Notes: generated by a model not told the origin, from the sequence alone. 63,636 nucleotides of DNA, filler included, from Globobulimina sp. (GCA_003354225.1; 49 parts of 49 records of this genome joined end to end with filler, not necessarily neighbours in it); one strand, 5' to 3'. Shown: positions 48,139 through 61,036, counted from the whole stretch's first letter. Made by a program: numbers and translations.

Positions 48139-49336
48139 ACTGGAGGAATCAAATTAACGTCAGAAGGAACGTACCAAGATAATTTCATGGAATTTTGGAG
48201 AACTATGAGGAGATTGAAAATCCCGGATAATTGGGTTTGGGATTTCCCTATAAATGATGCGATATTGCAAATTTATATAATAAATTGCTGTTTTATTAGG
48301 AAGAAACCCAATGTATACCCTACAATAAGGAATAAAATGAGGGCTATTGATTGGGTGGCACAAATGTGTGGAGTCCAGCAATCCTGGTCTACAAACCCAT
48401 CGATTGCAGCGTTATTACAATTCGTTAAATTAAGGAATCCTGGGAAAGGAAGTGATACTTTGCCAACTACGGCTGACATTTTATTAAATATAATAGAATA
48501 TATATTAATGTTTAAAGTATACATTGGTTTGGATTTAAATAATAATGAAATAAAATTAAAATCGAATTGGTTGTCATTTGAGAAAATATGGAGAGATAAA
48601 TATAGATTATATTGGTATATGTATGCGATGTCTTTATTATTTGTAGGAATACTGGGATTGAGAGGAGCTGAGTGTTATGAAAATAGCAAAAAAGAGTATG
48701 AAGGTTATGGTATATATATAAGTGATATCCTTTTTTATTGGAAAGATCCAATATCGCATAGATTATACCCAAATAATGCATATTCGAAAGCATTTGATTA
48801 TTTAAATCACATAAGAGTAAGATTGAGGCATTCAAAAAATGCAAGGAAAGGACAGGATATTTATTTAAGAATTGGGAGCATGTATCAAAGGATTGAGCCC
48901 GTGTTAATAATTTATCATATATTTAATATACAGAGAAATGAATTAAAACAAATATTTAATCATAAATTAGAAAAGCGTTTCCTATTCCAAACGGAGGGAT
49001 GTAATTGGAAATTAACAGCGATTAAGAAACAATGGGTGAAATTGATGAAAGAAATGGGTTTCCTGGAACCAGCGAGAATGCGTTTCCATGGCTTAAGGAA
49101 GGGCTTTGCAACAACTTTATTGCAAAAAGGGGTTCCAATGAGTTTAATAGCATTTGGTGGAAGATGGAAGCTTTTGGCGGCAATATATCGATATTTAATA
49201 CATACACAAAATGATTTAATAGGTCTGACTGCCATATTTCTATATGGTGAAAAATTGAATGCATATAAAATTGATATGGACAATAATGAGTGTGATTTGG
49301 TACAACAATTACCAAATAATAAAATGAATGCATTGT
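48139..49336 (+). mobile_element. Tyrosine recombinase of DIRS/Ngaro-like (or Crypton-like) element
   Basis: LGLRGAE (R), HSKN (K), FHGLRKG (HxxR), GRW, IYRYL (Y); open across the whole contig. Confidence 0.85.
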
Positions 49337-49436
49337 NNNNNNNNNNNNNNNNNNNNNNNNNNNNNNNNNNNNNNNNNNNNTTAATTAATTAANNNNNNNN
49401 NNNNNNNNNNNNNNNNNNNNNNNNNNNNNNNNNNNN

Positions 49437-50126
49437 GTACCCACTGTTTAACTGAAATGATTTCATCGTTTTTGTTATTTGATAGTACCTTATTGTCCCC
49501 AAACGGTGAGATTCTAAACATATTAGCACAAATATCCCCAATTGGTTTGCTGGATTCATAGATGTTATGATAAAATCTTTGTATACTATTCAAATTTTCG
49601 TCAATTTCTATATTGATTGCATCCGATGCGTATAACGACAAAGTGCATTTTAAATCTTTCCTGACATCATAGTATGGATCCTTATGAAGTATAATGTCAT
49701 TTTGATTCTTTGTATATTTAGTATTGACTTCATTAAATACTTTATATTCCACGTTAGAAGTTCTTGGAACTGAATGAATATATTCCGTTGGTATTTGTAT
49801 TGTGTATGTTTGTGAGACATTGGCGCAATTCGATTTTAATTGGATTGAGTATGACTTGGTAAGTTTGTTATACTGCAGAATTTTGCCAAATAACATTATG
49901 TCTTGGTTATGATTAACTTGATTGTCTGTATATTGTGGCTCTTCATCATTTTGTTCATTCTGCTCAAATCCCATCATGGTAAAGCTTGTTTGCTGTAACG
50001 GTTGGGTGTCATTAACAGTGTTGTTTGCGTCTATTCCGTTGATAAATGATACTGTGTTATTGGCACTTTCAAAGCCCAAAAGTGTTTCCGAATGTTGTCT
50101 TGTTTCTGACAAGTTTGTCTCAGCCA
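49437..50126 (-). CDS. Hypothetical protein N-terminus
   Basis: MAETNL start; open to the contig end. Confidence 0.4.
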
Positions 50127-51744
50127 TTCTTTTTGTGTTAAAAAACCGCTTACAAAAATTGCTTTGTTTCGTGAAACCTTCACAGTACAAATAAACTGCG
50201 TTCAATTTAAAAAGTAAATTATAAAACACGCAAAACAAAACAAAACAACAAAAAAAAGATGCATACGCATTACAGTATTATTATTTATTGATTATTATAT
50301 TAATATATATATATTAATGACTAATCCCTTATTTCTTGAATAGCCAAAGGCTTCGCATCAGACAAATTCTTGGATTTGTTTTTTAATTTATTCAAAAATG
50401 AGAGAAAACAGCCACAACTATTACTTGGTACGTTTGTCATTAATTCCATAGAGTCATCTGGTATATGAGCAGGGATAATATAATTATTCACATCGTCAAC
50501 GTCATCATGTACCACCACTGAACCTTGCACATGAAATGTCGGCCTCACTCCATCATCGCCATCACTTGAGCCGCTCATAAAGTCATCATCCTCGAAATCA
50601 CCACAATCACCAAACGGATCCTCATCAAATGTGTCGNNNNNNNNNNNNNNNNNNNNNNNNNNNNNNNNNNNNNNNNNNNNTTAATTAATTAANNNNNNNN
50701 NNNNNNNNNNNNNNNNNNNNNNNNNNNNNNNNNNNNTCATATGATAAAAAAATCTAGAAATCCAATATTATATTATGTATTTGTTGAATATAAGTATTTA
50801 AACAATTCTGTCACATTTTCGCGGCAGCTGAGAAGGCAGATCATTACTTTCCATTTGTATACGTCTGACTATACAAATGGAAAACAATAACATAAACACA
50901 CAGAAAACAGAAAACAAACACACAGAAAATGAAATAATTAAACACAGTTTGCATAAACAGTACGTTTGCCCAAAATCCCATAAAATACGGACCACTCAAT
51001 TTTCCAATACCTTATAATAATCTGGATCATTATAAAGTTGTTCATCTGCCACCACGCATCGTTATAATTATCATTCCCTTCTGTTGGAGTATTAAAATCA
51101 AAAATAATATCTTCCATTAATACATATTTGCCGCCTTTGTTATAAATAAGTTGGTTCAGTCTCTGTATCAATATCAACATCAATAATATCACTTTCATCT
51201 TCTGTTTCGATGACAGGCATAACACTCATCTTAATTCCATCCAAATTTGCAGGTTTTATGCACATACAAAAATTGCCATTGGTTCCTAATGAGGGTTTCC
51301 GTTTTGGTAATATCTCGTCCGTTGTGCAGGTGATATGATTCGATCGTTTACATTCTGATAATTTATAACAAAATCCATATCTCCAACCATCACTTTCTGC
51401 CACCTCGTCAAATACAGTTGTTTCATCAATATTATTTAGACCCATATCGCAGGCATTGGCACAGGTGTCATATTATAAGCAGATGAATTATAATAAATCA
51501 TTATAAAACGATGTTTTATGTGCAAATTTTAATTGCATTATAGGAATGATAAAATTTGATTCAATATCATATGAATGTCACGTTTGAGATATGTTTTTCA
51601 TTTATATATCATATGTATTTATTTATATCATCTGTTTTTAATTGTATCATTGTATACTGATTGATTCCAATGCTCCATTGTTGTCAGCTGTCGCGAAACT
51701 TAGTAGAATGAGTTCATAGGTGATAGGAGGACTGGATTATAGCG

Positions 51745-51825
51745 TTGGTTTGAGATCTGTGTAGGAAATCTCCAAACAATTAAAAAAAAACGAAGTTCAG
51801 AACATTTCCAAAACTTCACAAGTGT
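51745..51825 (+). promoter_or_regulatory. Conserved 81-nt upstream element, copy 2
   Basis: 75/81 identical to the reverse complement of 1122-1202; 14 nt before ATG 51840 of an ORF open to the contig end. Confidence 0.6.
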
Positions 51826-52273
51826 ATACTTCTGATAAAATGCTATTGTTGACAAATCAGTACATATATATGGAAGAAATTACTCAAACAGTGTTGAAAC
51901 AAATGCACGAAGAAAAACTATCAAATGGTCATAACANNNNNNNNNNNNNNNNNNNNNNNNNNNNNNNNNNNNNNNNNNNNTTAATTAATTAANNNNNNNN
52001 NNNNNNNNNNNNNNNNNNNNNNNNNNNNNNNNNNNNAAAGGTTCCTTATAAATGTCATGCGCATTACCACAACGTTGCAGGTCATATCTCGCTCAATATT
52101 GGTCCGATTTGGTCGATTAATAGCTCATTAGAATCATCTTATCCTTTTTTGGGACGGCAATTTTACTTGGGTTAGCACTTATAAGATAAGTATAGCTAGG
52201 GGAATATAATATAGTTATCACATTAATGTCACAGTTTTAAATGCACATATTATATCATATCTTCATTAGGGCT

Positions 52274-53236
52274 TTAAGTAATTCCTTCTCTATTTTCAGG
52301 AACTTCTTGATTTCGTCTGTCGGTTGATTCTTCTTGGTTTCGTCTGTCGATTATTGATTGTGATTCTCCGCCATCATCATCATTATTGATTAAGACGTGT
52401 TGGTTTATCGTATTGTCATTTATAACTTGGTTGATTATTTCGTCTATATGAATTTCAATATCGTTATTATTATTGATTACTTCGTATATTTTTATTTCTG
52501 GTCTATTCTTGTATAAGACTTTGATTATATTTCCTGTAATGTTTAATATATGTCCATGCACATTATCATCAAGTAGCCATATTGTCGAATATTCAATAAA
52601 TTTATTAATTAAATTTGGTATAGTTGTTGGTTTTGTTTCACCATTTATAATTTGTGGTAACATACCCCACAAATTTTTGAGAGAATCAGAATTTTTTGGT
52701 ATTTTATAGTTATCGGGACAGAGCCATAATAGATGCTCTAAAGATTCGATTTCGTCCGTATCACATCTTGAACATGTTGTATTGCTTCGAGCGTTGAGAT
52801 ATAGTGATCCACATTTCGCTTTTAACCAATATTCAGCACCAGCTTTCAAATTTAGCTTATAGTTGATTTTTGGTGATGTTTTATTTCTATAGTATTTTAG
52901 TGTTGTAGAATTTAGTACCATGTCTCTATATTTTTCTAACCATTTTTCGTATACTATAGTTCTTACTGTAGTAGATAGAGGAATATTGAGGTAGTTTATA
53001 TCGTATTTTTCGCAACATTTTATGGCATGTTGGACCCATGTTATAGTATCAGGATTTTCGTGATATGTTACTAATTGTTCAGTTATCACTAGTTTAACTA
53101 TGTTATTGTCGTCTAGTTTTTGAATATGGTTGAAGTAATTTATTGTTCTTTTTTCAGCTTCCATTATCATTGGTATTAGTTCTGTTTCACCATATAGTAC
53201 TGCTTGTTGTGTATGTCTGGGTAGTTTTGCAATCAT
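52274..53236 (-). mobile_element. Non-LTR retrotransposon ORF2 C-terminus with CCHC zinc knuckle
   Basis: AVLYGETEL, TLKYYR, CSRCDTDEIESLEHLLWLCP. Confidence 0.8.
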
Positions 53237-53336
53237 NNNNNNNNNNNNNNNNNNNNNNNNNNNNNNNNNNNNNNNNNNNNTTAATTAATTAANNNNNNNN
53301 NNNNNNNNNNNNNNNNNNNNNNNNNNNNNNNNNNNN

Positions 53337-53695
53337 TTATTATTATGTCCAACACCTAATACACCCCTTTTATTATAACCACAACATTCATATGTTTCAT
53401 CATCAAATAAAATATATGCTACACCCCAACCATCACCACAACTAACAATATTTTTTATTTCTTTTTGAAATGTTTTTATTTTTGTTATTTTTTTAATATC
53501 TTCATTTCCTCCATTGCCTTGTTGTCCATATCTGTTGTTGCCAATAGAATATAATTCCAATAAAATTGTATAATGGAATGCATGAATAACATTAATAATA
53601 TCTGTATGGATGTAGTGAGACTTATATTTTCTGACATATCCACTTACTAATAATTGCGACCGTCGTTTCCTTGTAAACACTGCATATGTTGACAT
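53337..53695 (-). CDS. RCC1-repeat protein N-terminus
   Basis: LLVSGYVR..IHTDIINVI; LYSIGNNRYGQQGNG, CCGYNKRGVLGVGH. Confidence 0.75.
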
Positions 53696-53980
53696 GATTA
53701 GAGTTTTAGTGATCGTAATAAAAAATGTTCTGAGTGACTCCTCGAATCCCAAATGCCCAAACAAGCTATCTGCCTACCACCAAATGTAAAATCCAAAAAG
53801 AAGAGAAAACAGAAGATTTCATGTTGTAGAATATCAAAGTTATTAATTACTGACAATTCCAAAAATGCAAACAACAACAATGAAAATAAGAAATTACGGC
53901 GTTCAAAAAGGATACGATTCCTCCCATTAAATCATTGGGAAAATGAATTTATTCTAAGTGATCCCAAAAAGATGTTAACA

Positions 53981-54536
53981 ATGAAAGAGGTGCAGGAAAA
54001 TCTTTTGCCTAACAAAGCGCCTGATTTTCCGAATTTGGATATCTCTGGGATCAGCTTGTATTGTGAGGAAGTTGGTGGGGATTATTTTGATTATTTTAAA
54101 TTTTCTGACAATAAAGTTGGTATTGCACTGACAGATTCATCCGGACATGGTGTCGGTGCAGGGCTGCACATGACAACTATCCGAGCTTTTTTTCGATATG
54201 GTGCCGAGGAATATAACGGACCGGCATCATTGCTTCGTGCAGTGAATAAGCATATTACTCGGGACAGTTATGAAACCGGTCGGTTTGCAACTGCTTTTTT
54301 CGTGGAAATTGATCTTGAGAATCGGTTAATTAAATGGATACGGGCTGGTCATGAACCCGCCCTGTTTTACAGTCCTGGTACGGGTAAATTTCAAAAATTG
54401 CTTGGTGATGGAATGGCTTTAGGGGTGGATGCAGATACTCCAGTCACTGAACATGAAATAAAAGATTGGGAGAGTGGAAGTATTCTGCTCATCTATTCTG
54501 ATGGATTGAAAGAATCAAGAAATACCAAAGGTGAGA
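53981..54536 (+). CDS. SpoIIE/RsbU-type PP2C phosphatase domain (bacterial), fused chimerically to a eukaryotic ORF
   Basis: EVQENLLP, VGGDYFD, DSSGHG, FATAF, RAGHEP, YSDGLKE. Confidence 0.9.
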
Positions 54537-54636
54537 NNNNNNNNNNNNNNNNNNNNNNNNNNNNNNNNNNNNNNNNNNNNTTAATTAATTAANNNNNNNN
54601 NNNNNNNNNNNNNNNNNNNNNNNNNNNNNNNNNNNN

Positions 54637-55444
54637 GGAACTATCTCTTTTACTTTATGACGGCACGCAATGTGCAAAGCTTGGTCGCCAGCTTTCGTCT
54701 TTGTGTTCATATGGCCGCCGGCATCGAGTATGAACTGAATCATGTCAAGGTTTTTATTTTCAACTGCCACATGGAAGGGGTTCATGCCCGCATCATCGCA
54801 CACTTCCAATGCGGAGCCACTTGCAATCAACTCTTGCATTGCGAATATTTTGTTATATTTGGCAGCGTAATGGATGGGATAACGACCAATGGCGTCCACA
54901 CAGCAAATTAATTTTGCATTCTTGAGTAATAATTTACGAATAATATTGATATCGCCTAATATGACTGAACAATGTACGGCTTTTGGCAACGATTTGGAGT
55001 CAATGTCTTTACTAAAACCTAATTCTAAATCAGCACCATACGATAATAATAACTCAATTATTTTATTACGTTTCTCAAAATTGATGTTCATTTTATTGCT
55101 ATGACTGCTTTTTGCATCCAATTTGAGTGCAAGAATAATGGGTGTCTCGTGTGAGGAATTTTGACAATTTACGTTTGCATTGTTCTCTAATAAATATTTA
55201 ACAATTTCGACATGGCCTGGTTGCTCACACGCCATATGTAGGCCTGTTTCAGTGTGGAAATATTAAAAAAAAAGTAATTCATAAATTAACAATGCAGACC
55301 TGTAAATTGCTCATACTTTTCTGCGATATTTATATCTACGATATTATTTATTATGTTTCTTTTGACTTCGTCAATGTTGCCCAACGAGCATGCCTGTCGG
55401 AAGTCATTATCAAGTTGGTGTTGATCAAAGTCACCAGACGCCAT
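54637..55444 (-). CDS. Ankyrin-repeat protein (intron 55244-55299)
   Basis: Splicing gives EQFTG/LHMAC; repeats GRYPIHYAA, GMNPFHVAV, GDQALHIAC. Confidence 0.9.
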
Positions 55445-55693
55445 GTCAAGTTGAGGTGTTTCTAACAATTAAAACACCTGACCTTCGGGGGCTTATCTTT
55501 CGGAACTCATCTTTAAGGTATTGCTAAAAAAAAAATAATCTGTGTTCATAATTCCGATAATTCGAACATATCAGCTGTACAGTATCTATTTTGCAAATGT
55601 ACAAATATGAGTTTTAATAGACAACACATCATCAAATATTGCAGCCACACTTATATTGATCCCATGAGGCAACCAACGTGTTAACACATTTTT

Positions 55694-55833
55694 GGGTACA
55701 CCAAGTTTTGCCTATCAAAAAAGCAATCCTCAGCTCTACTGTGTTTAGATACAAAAGCAGGGCCAAACAGTAAATATACCAAACAGAATGGTCACTGATA
55801 TTGCTTTTTTGATAGTCAAAACTTGGTGTACCC
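55694..55833. mobile_element. 140-bp MITE-like element with 34-bp terminal inverted repeats
   Basis: GGGTACACCAAGTTTTG(C/A)CTATCAAAAAAGCAAT at 55694-55727 and inverted at 55800-55833 (33/34); followed by TAA. Confidence 0.7.
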
Positions 55834-56493
55834 TAANNNNNNNNNNNNNNNNNNNNNNNNNNNNNNNNNNNNNNNNNNNNTTAATTAATTAANNNNNNNN
55901 NNNNNNNNNNNNNNNNNNNNNNNNNNNNNNNNNNNNTTAATTGTCCTTAATAACCTATTTTATTAGATGAAATATCACAATAACGTTGATACAATTCAGT
56001 AATTCTTGCAACAGCTGACATCACCAATCAAAAACAAACATTTAATATCTACTAAGATTAAAACCAGCTTAAATGAATGATTTTGTCCTTGACTTGCATT
56101 AAACAGTCCGAGCAATAAATAAATGTCAGCAGCAACAGTGAGCAGTGTCAGCAGAAACGTTGTTGTTTACACAAAACAAAAGTCAACTTGTACACGTTAC
56201 ACAGGCAGTGGTTACCAGTCTTCTTATTCAGAAAATGCGTGGTATACATTACAAATTAAAACATATATCCAACAACATCCGCATGCTCATACAAATGAAA
56301 TATGGGATTGGTTTATTCCAAGTGAAAGCAAATTATGGGCTAAGGATAGATTCAAACAATTAGTTAATAAATATTTAAAGGAGCAATGGTTAAAAAATAA
56401 TCCTTCATTGCTCAATCAAGGATATATTGATAATAATATTATTGTGAGAAAAATAGTGCCAACACAGAAATCATATCCACGAAAAAATAAACG

Positions 56494-57136
56494 TTATGAG
56501 TTGGCTAAGAAAGCTGCATCAATTTTATTGTCATATGCATCAAAAATAGAATAGTTAAATTTTAATCGGTCTCCAGGAAAATATTCACCATTATTTTGAG
56601 GAAATATATCAATCGAATATGGGCTCCAATGACTCACTGTATCTGATGTATAAAAATCATTTATTGATCGGGACTCACTCTCTGTGTCATTTGTATTGAG
56701 AGTAGAACACTGTACATGTAATGTTGTTATATTTTGCGAATTATTATTTACGATGGAATAACAATTCACATCACAACTATCACCAATATTGATATCCCAA
56801 TTTGAAGCATTAATCACTGTATCCACGAACAAATAGTTTCCTTTCTCCATATTTATTATATTTGTTTTATTATTCAAATCATCGACATTTATAATGGTAT
56901 TATCCAATGCAATGAAGGTGTCGTCTTCCATCTTAATGATAGTTGACAGCTGATTCGAATTTATATGGAAAATATTACGCTGTCTTTCGTTATAATCAAA
57001 CAATGAAATATCAATTGCACCAAAAGTACCATACGACTCACAATCATCAACATTAAAATTAAAATATTGCATTAAATCAGATTTAACACACGAACTAACA
57101 TTACCTTTTTTTATCCACAGGGCAAAATTTGTAAAA
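56494..57136 (-). CDS. Asn/Asp-rich extracellular protein fragment
   Basis: Long ORF ending YFPGDRLKFNYSIFDAYDN; collides head-on with ORF 56123-56554. Confidence 0.45.
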
Positions 57137-57236
57137 NNNNNNNNNNNNNNNNNNNNNNNNNNNNNNNNNNNNNNNNNNNNTTAATTAATTAANNNNNNNN
57201 NNNNNNNNNNNNNNNNNNNNNNNNNNNNNNNNNNNN

Positions 57237-57410
57237 TCGATTATGGAATCGAACAAGCTATACAACTCGTTCAGCAAATTAACCACTTCAACGGGTGTAC
57301 TTTTACCACTCAGAATGGTAAACCCAACGATATCAGAGAAGTATATGGTTGCCTGGTCATAGTTCTCTGGGGCCACGACTCGACCAGCCTTCAACTGCTC
57401 GGCAACACTC
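57237..57410 (-). CDS. Animal-type receptor guanylyl cyclase exon (start of catalytic domain)
   Basis: [52 protein letters not shown] after a TACAG acceptor. Confidence 0.85.
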
Positions 57411-57599
57411 CTGTACAACCACAACCACAGCATCGTAGACTGAGACTGAGGTGTGGCATACCGTCATACGATGGATCTTGTCAGATAGGAAACAACCAAC
57501 CAAAAGACACCGTTGGTTAAAGTTTTGCTAAACGGTGTTAAGACATGGACGTGGGGACACGGATCTCGTAACAACATGGCCATGGAGTGATCAACTGGC

Positions 57600-58436
57600 T
57601 CAAATGACGGGGGATACATTATCGTTTCCTTCGAAGCTAGTTTCATTTGAAATTGGCGGAATACACATTCTGACGCCAACCACCACAAACACCAAGAAAG
57701 TGGTTGAAATAAAAAAAAATGTAACTAGATTTTCATCCATATCTTTATTCGACCAGTAAACGTGCTCAATATCGGCAAAGAAATCCTCCATTTTTACTAA
57801 AAAATTCATAATAAGCTCCGTTCTAAATGTTAATAACGCTAAATTTGAATAAATTGAAACTATGGCAAATACAGATAACACACTGGTCCATACACCCAAA
57901 CCACCGGAGCTCGCAGGTACTGGACGTTGTGTTTTGATTAAATTGTATTTATCAACTTTTAATTCAACATAATTATTTATAACAGCTAACAATGGCATTA
58001 ATGGAAACACCACAATAAACAACGTCACATATCCATGCAATACAACAATCTCTGCAGTATTATCTAAATATGGATATTGTGTCGCAGTTAAACCAAAAAC
58101 TAACATGCAAACATACCCAATACATCAGGCGATACAGATAACTCGGACTGTTGCAAAATGTCATCAACATTCCATTGGGTCAAATCGTTTTTATTTTTCT
58201 CATTGACAATAAGTTCAAGCTCAGCATATTCATCATCTTGTTTGCGTTTCTTGTTTTTCTTTCGACGATTTTTTTTTGAGCTGCTACAGTTGCGACACTT
58301 TCGTACAATGCGTGGACAATAAACTGGGCAAAATATTTCGATTGAATTTTTATAAATAATTGCCATTAAAAATAATACCACCTATTGCATTCGCAATGCT
58401 TTCACCCGCACTCTATTATCATCGTAATATTCCCGC
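57600..58436 (-). CDS. Anoctamin/TMEM16 fragment (intron 58064-58116)
   Basis: Spliced SPDVL/DNTAEIVVLHGYVTLF..FPLMPLLAVINNYVELKVD..RPVP...GLGVW. Confidence 0.88.
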
Positions 58437-58536
58437 NNNNNNNNNNNNNNNNNNNNNNNNNNNNNNNNNNNNNNNNNNNNTTAATTAATTAANNNNNNNN
58501 NNNNNNNNNNNNNNNNNNNNNNNNNNNNNNNNNNNN

Positions 58537-59736
58537 GCACATTCCCCTTCAGACATTCCTTCTCCGACATGCCAATGGACATATGCTCGTTGTGAATACA
58601 TCAAGTCATATTTTCCTGTAATTCTCTCTGTAAACAAGCGGTTGATGCATGTATTATTTCCAACCATTGTCACTTGCGTATCTCCGCAATAAATATCATC
58701 TGATTCCAACTCCGTTATCTTATCATCAATATATTTAACAGACGGCTTATCACCACACCAATCCATCCAATTAATACGTTTCTTTTCTCCAATATATTTG
58801 ACACATTTATTTATATCATCCATACATTCACCAATACCCATCCCTCTATAATTGAACTTCATTGCCATATACCGATCTTCCGCAGGATCAAAATCAGCAC
58901 ATTTATGGAAAAAATAACTGCTGTTACAACAGTGGTCTGTCAATTCAAGAAGTGTCTCTTTAGAAATGACATGTTTGTCAACAACAGGGGTCATAGAAGT
59001 GGTCAGATAATGTATTCTTGGATACGGCACCATATCACAGGCAAATGTATTCATATCCTCTCCCAATCCAAATCGCCATGGGGCAGTAATGTTTGATATC
59101 ACTTTATTACACACAGAATTATAATGTCTATATCTTGGCGTTTTTATGTTCAATTTATTCCTACAAATACCATATAATTGGTCTCTGTGTGATCCATCAA
59201 CCAATGCATTGTTAGCAAAGCGTTTATTATCTCCAGCGGTGTTATCGATTTCTTATCATCCAACATTGCATGAAATCCGATTTTTGCTTTCTTGCGGTAA
59301 TCCACGGCAACTCTTTCCAGCGCAAGTGCACCAAAACCACCTCCGGTGCCGCCTGACAAACTGTTATTGATTATAAAGCCTTGGATGCTGTCACATTCTT
59401 CAACCATTAGTCTCAATGTATTGGTAAAGCGATCTATCAGTTCCTTGCCTGTGGTATAATGACCTCTGGCGTAGACAGTGGCTGTTCCGCAATGCCCGCT
59501 GATTAAGTAATTGCTGTTGATAACGTTGCTATATTTGAATAAATGCTGCAGCATATTTATGGAATGCGGCAATAGATCGATAAACAATGATCTTGCTGCA
59601 TATTTACCATTGCTGCGTTCCCTGAATGATGTATGTATTGATTGGTCATATTGTGTTTTGCATTCTTTTTCTCCGCTGATTGATATGCCGCGTTCAACAC
59701 AATTTTGCTCTAATGTGCTTTTCCCGATATTTATTC
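58537..59736 (-). CDS. Highly divergent alpha-tubulin-like gene with a frameshift near 59183
   Basis: AARSLFIDL, YARGHYTTGKE, SLSGGTGGGFG, MVPYPRIHY, YDLMYSQRAYVHWHVGEGMSEGE. Confidence 0.88.
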
Positions 59737-59836
59737 NNNNNNNNNNNNNNNNNNNNNNNNNNNNNNNNNNNNNNNNNNNNTTAATTAATTAANNNNNNNN
59801 NNNNNNNNNNNNNNNNNNNNNNNNNNNNNNNNNNNN

Positions 59837-60125
59837 TTTGTAGATTGTTTGGTTTGTACATGTCACTACCGAGTGATTGATTGATTGATTGATACATTCA
59901 TTGATTCATACAATGTTTGTAGATTGATTGATGTATAAAACATGTCACTACCGTTGATTGATTGATACATTCATTGATTCATGCAATGTTTGTAGATTGA
60001 TTGATGTATATAACATGTCACTACCGAATGACTGATTGATTGATTGATACATTCATTGATTCATACAATGTTTGTAGATTGATTGATGTATAAAACATGT
60101 CACTACCGAATGATTCATTGATCGA
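59837..60125. repeat. Tandem repeat, ~60-80-bp unit x ~4 with embedded (GATT)n
   Basis: TTTGTAGATTGATTGATGTATAAAACATGTCACTACCG... repeated. Confidence 0.9.
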
Positions 60126-60449
60126 TGTACATTAATTTTACTGCATGCAACTTAAAATTAAATGTATGTATGCATTTTTTAGGTCTCGACTGAAACCGGT
60201 CCATCTCAAGTCGAATGAAGTGAAATGATAGTTTTTATTTAGTTGTGACAGATTTAATAAATTGTGTTCAATTTGTGTACATAAATTGTGTGTCCGAGTT
60301 TTTTGTTCCGAGTTTTTTGTTTACAGTAGTTTTCCATCTTGAACTAAAATATCAACATTGAGCGGCAACTTTAAAACAGGTTAAACAACACAGAGATAAG
60401 GGTTTGATTAATCTTTTGTGTTTTAGTTGGCCAACAAATTGTTGTTATA

Positions 60450-60840
60450 GTGTGAACAGAGTGGACGATTAGCTTGTTTACTGCAATGTGAACAGTTGAC
60501 GATTAGCTTGTTTACTGCAATGTGAACTGGACGATTGATTAGCTTGTTTACTGCAATGTGAACAGAGTGGACGATTAGCTTGTTTACTGCAATGTGAACA
60601 GTGGACGATTAGCTTGTTTACTGCAATGTGAACAGAGTGAGTGAACAGAGTTGAACGATTAGCTTGTTTACTGCAATGTGAACAGAGTGAGTGAACAGAG
60701 TGAACGATTAGCTTGTTTACTGCAATGTGGACAGTGAACAATTAGTTTGTTTACTGCAATGTGAACAGAGTGAACGATTAACTTGTTTACTGCAATGTGA
60801 ACAGTGGACGATTAGCTTGTTTACTGCAAATGTGAACAGA
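60450..60840. repeat. Minisatellite, ~32-46-bp unit x ~10
   Basis: Core ACGATTAGCTTGTTTACTGCAATGTGAAC with short variable linkers. Confidence 0.92.
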
Positions 60841-61036
60841 ACGTGCATTCTGGTTGAATGCGCATTGAATGGATTGATTGAACGTGCATTCTGGTTGAAT
60901 GCGCATTTGAATGGATTGATTGAACGTGCATTCTGGTTGAATGCGCATTTGAATGGATTGATTGAGCGTGCATTCTGGTTGAATGCGCATTTGAATGGAT
61001 TGATTGAACGTGCATTCTGGTTGAATGCGGATTTGA
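60841..61036. repeat. Minisatellite, 42-bp unit x ~4.5
   Basis: ACGTGCATTCTGGTTGAATGCGCATTTGAATGGATTGATTGA repeated to the contig end. Confidence 0.92.

Noticed and set aside
33370-54536. STAS + SpoIIE as one partner-switching system
   Set aside because: They are on different contigs with no evidence of coming from the same genome.
60450-60840. CRISPR array
   Set aside because: The spacers are only 3-17 nt, resemble each other and derive from the repeat; no cas genes or leader. It is a minisatellite.
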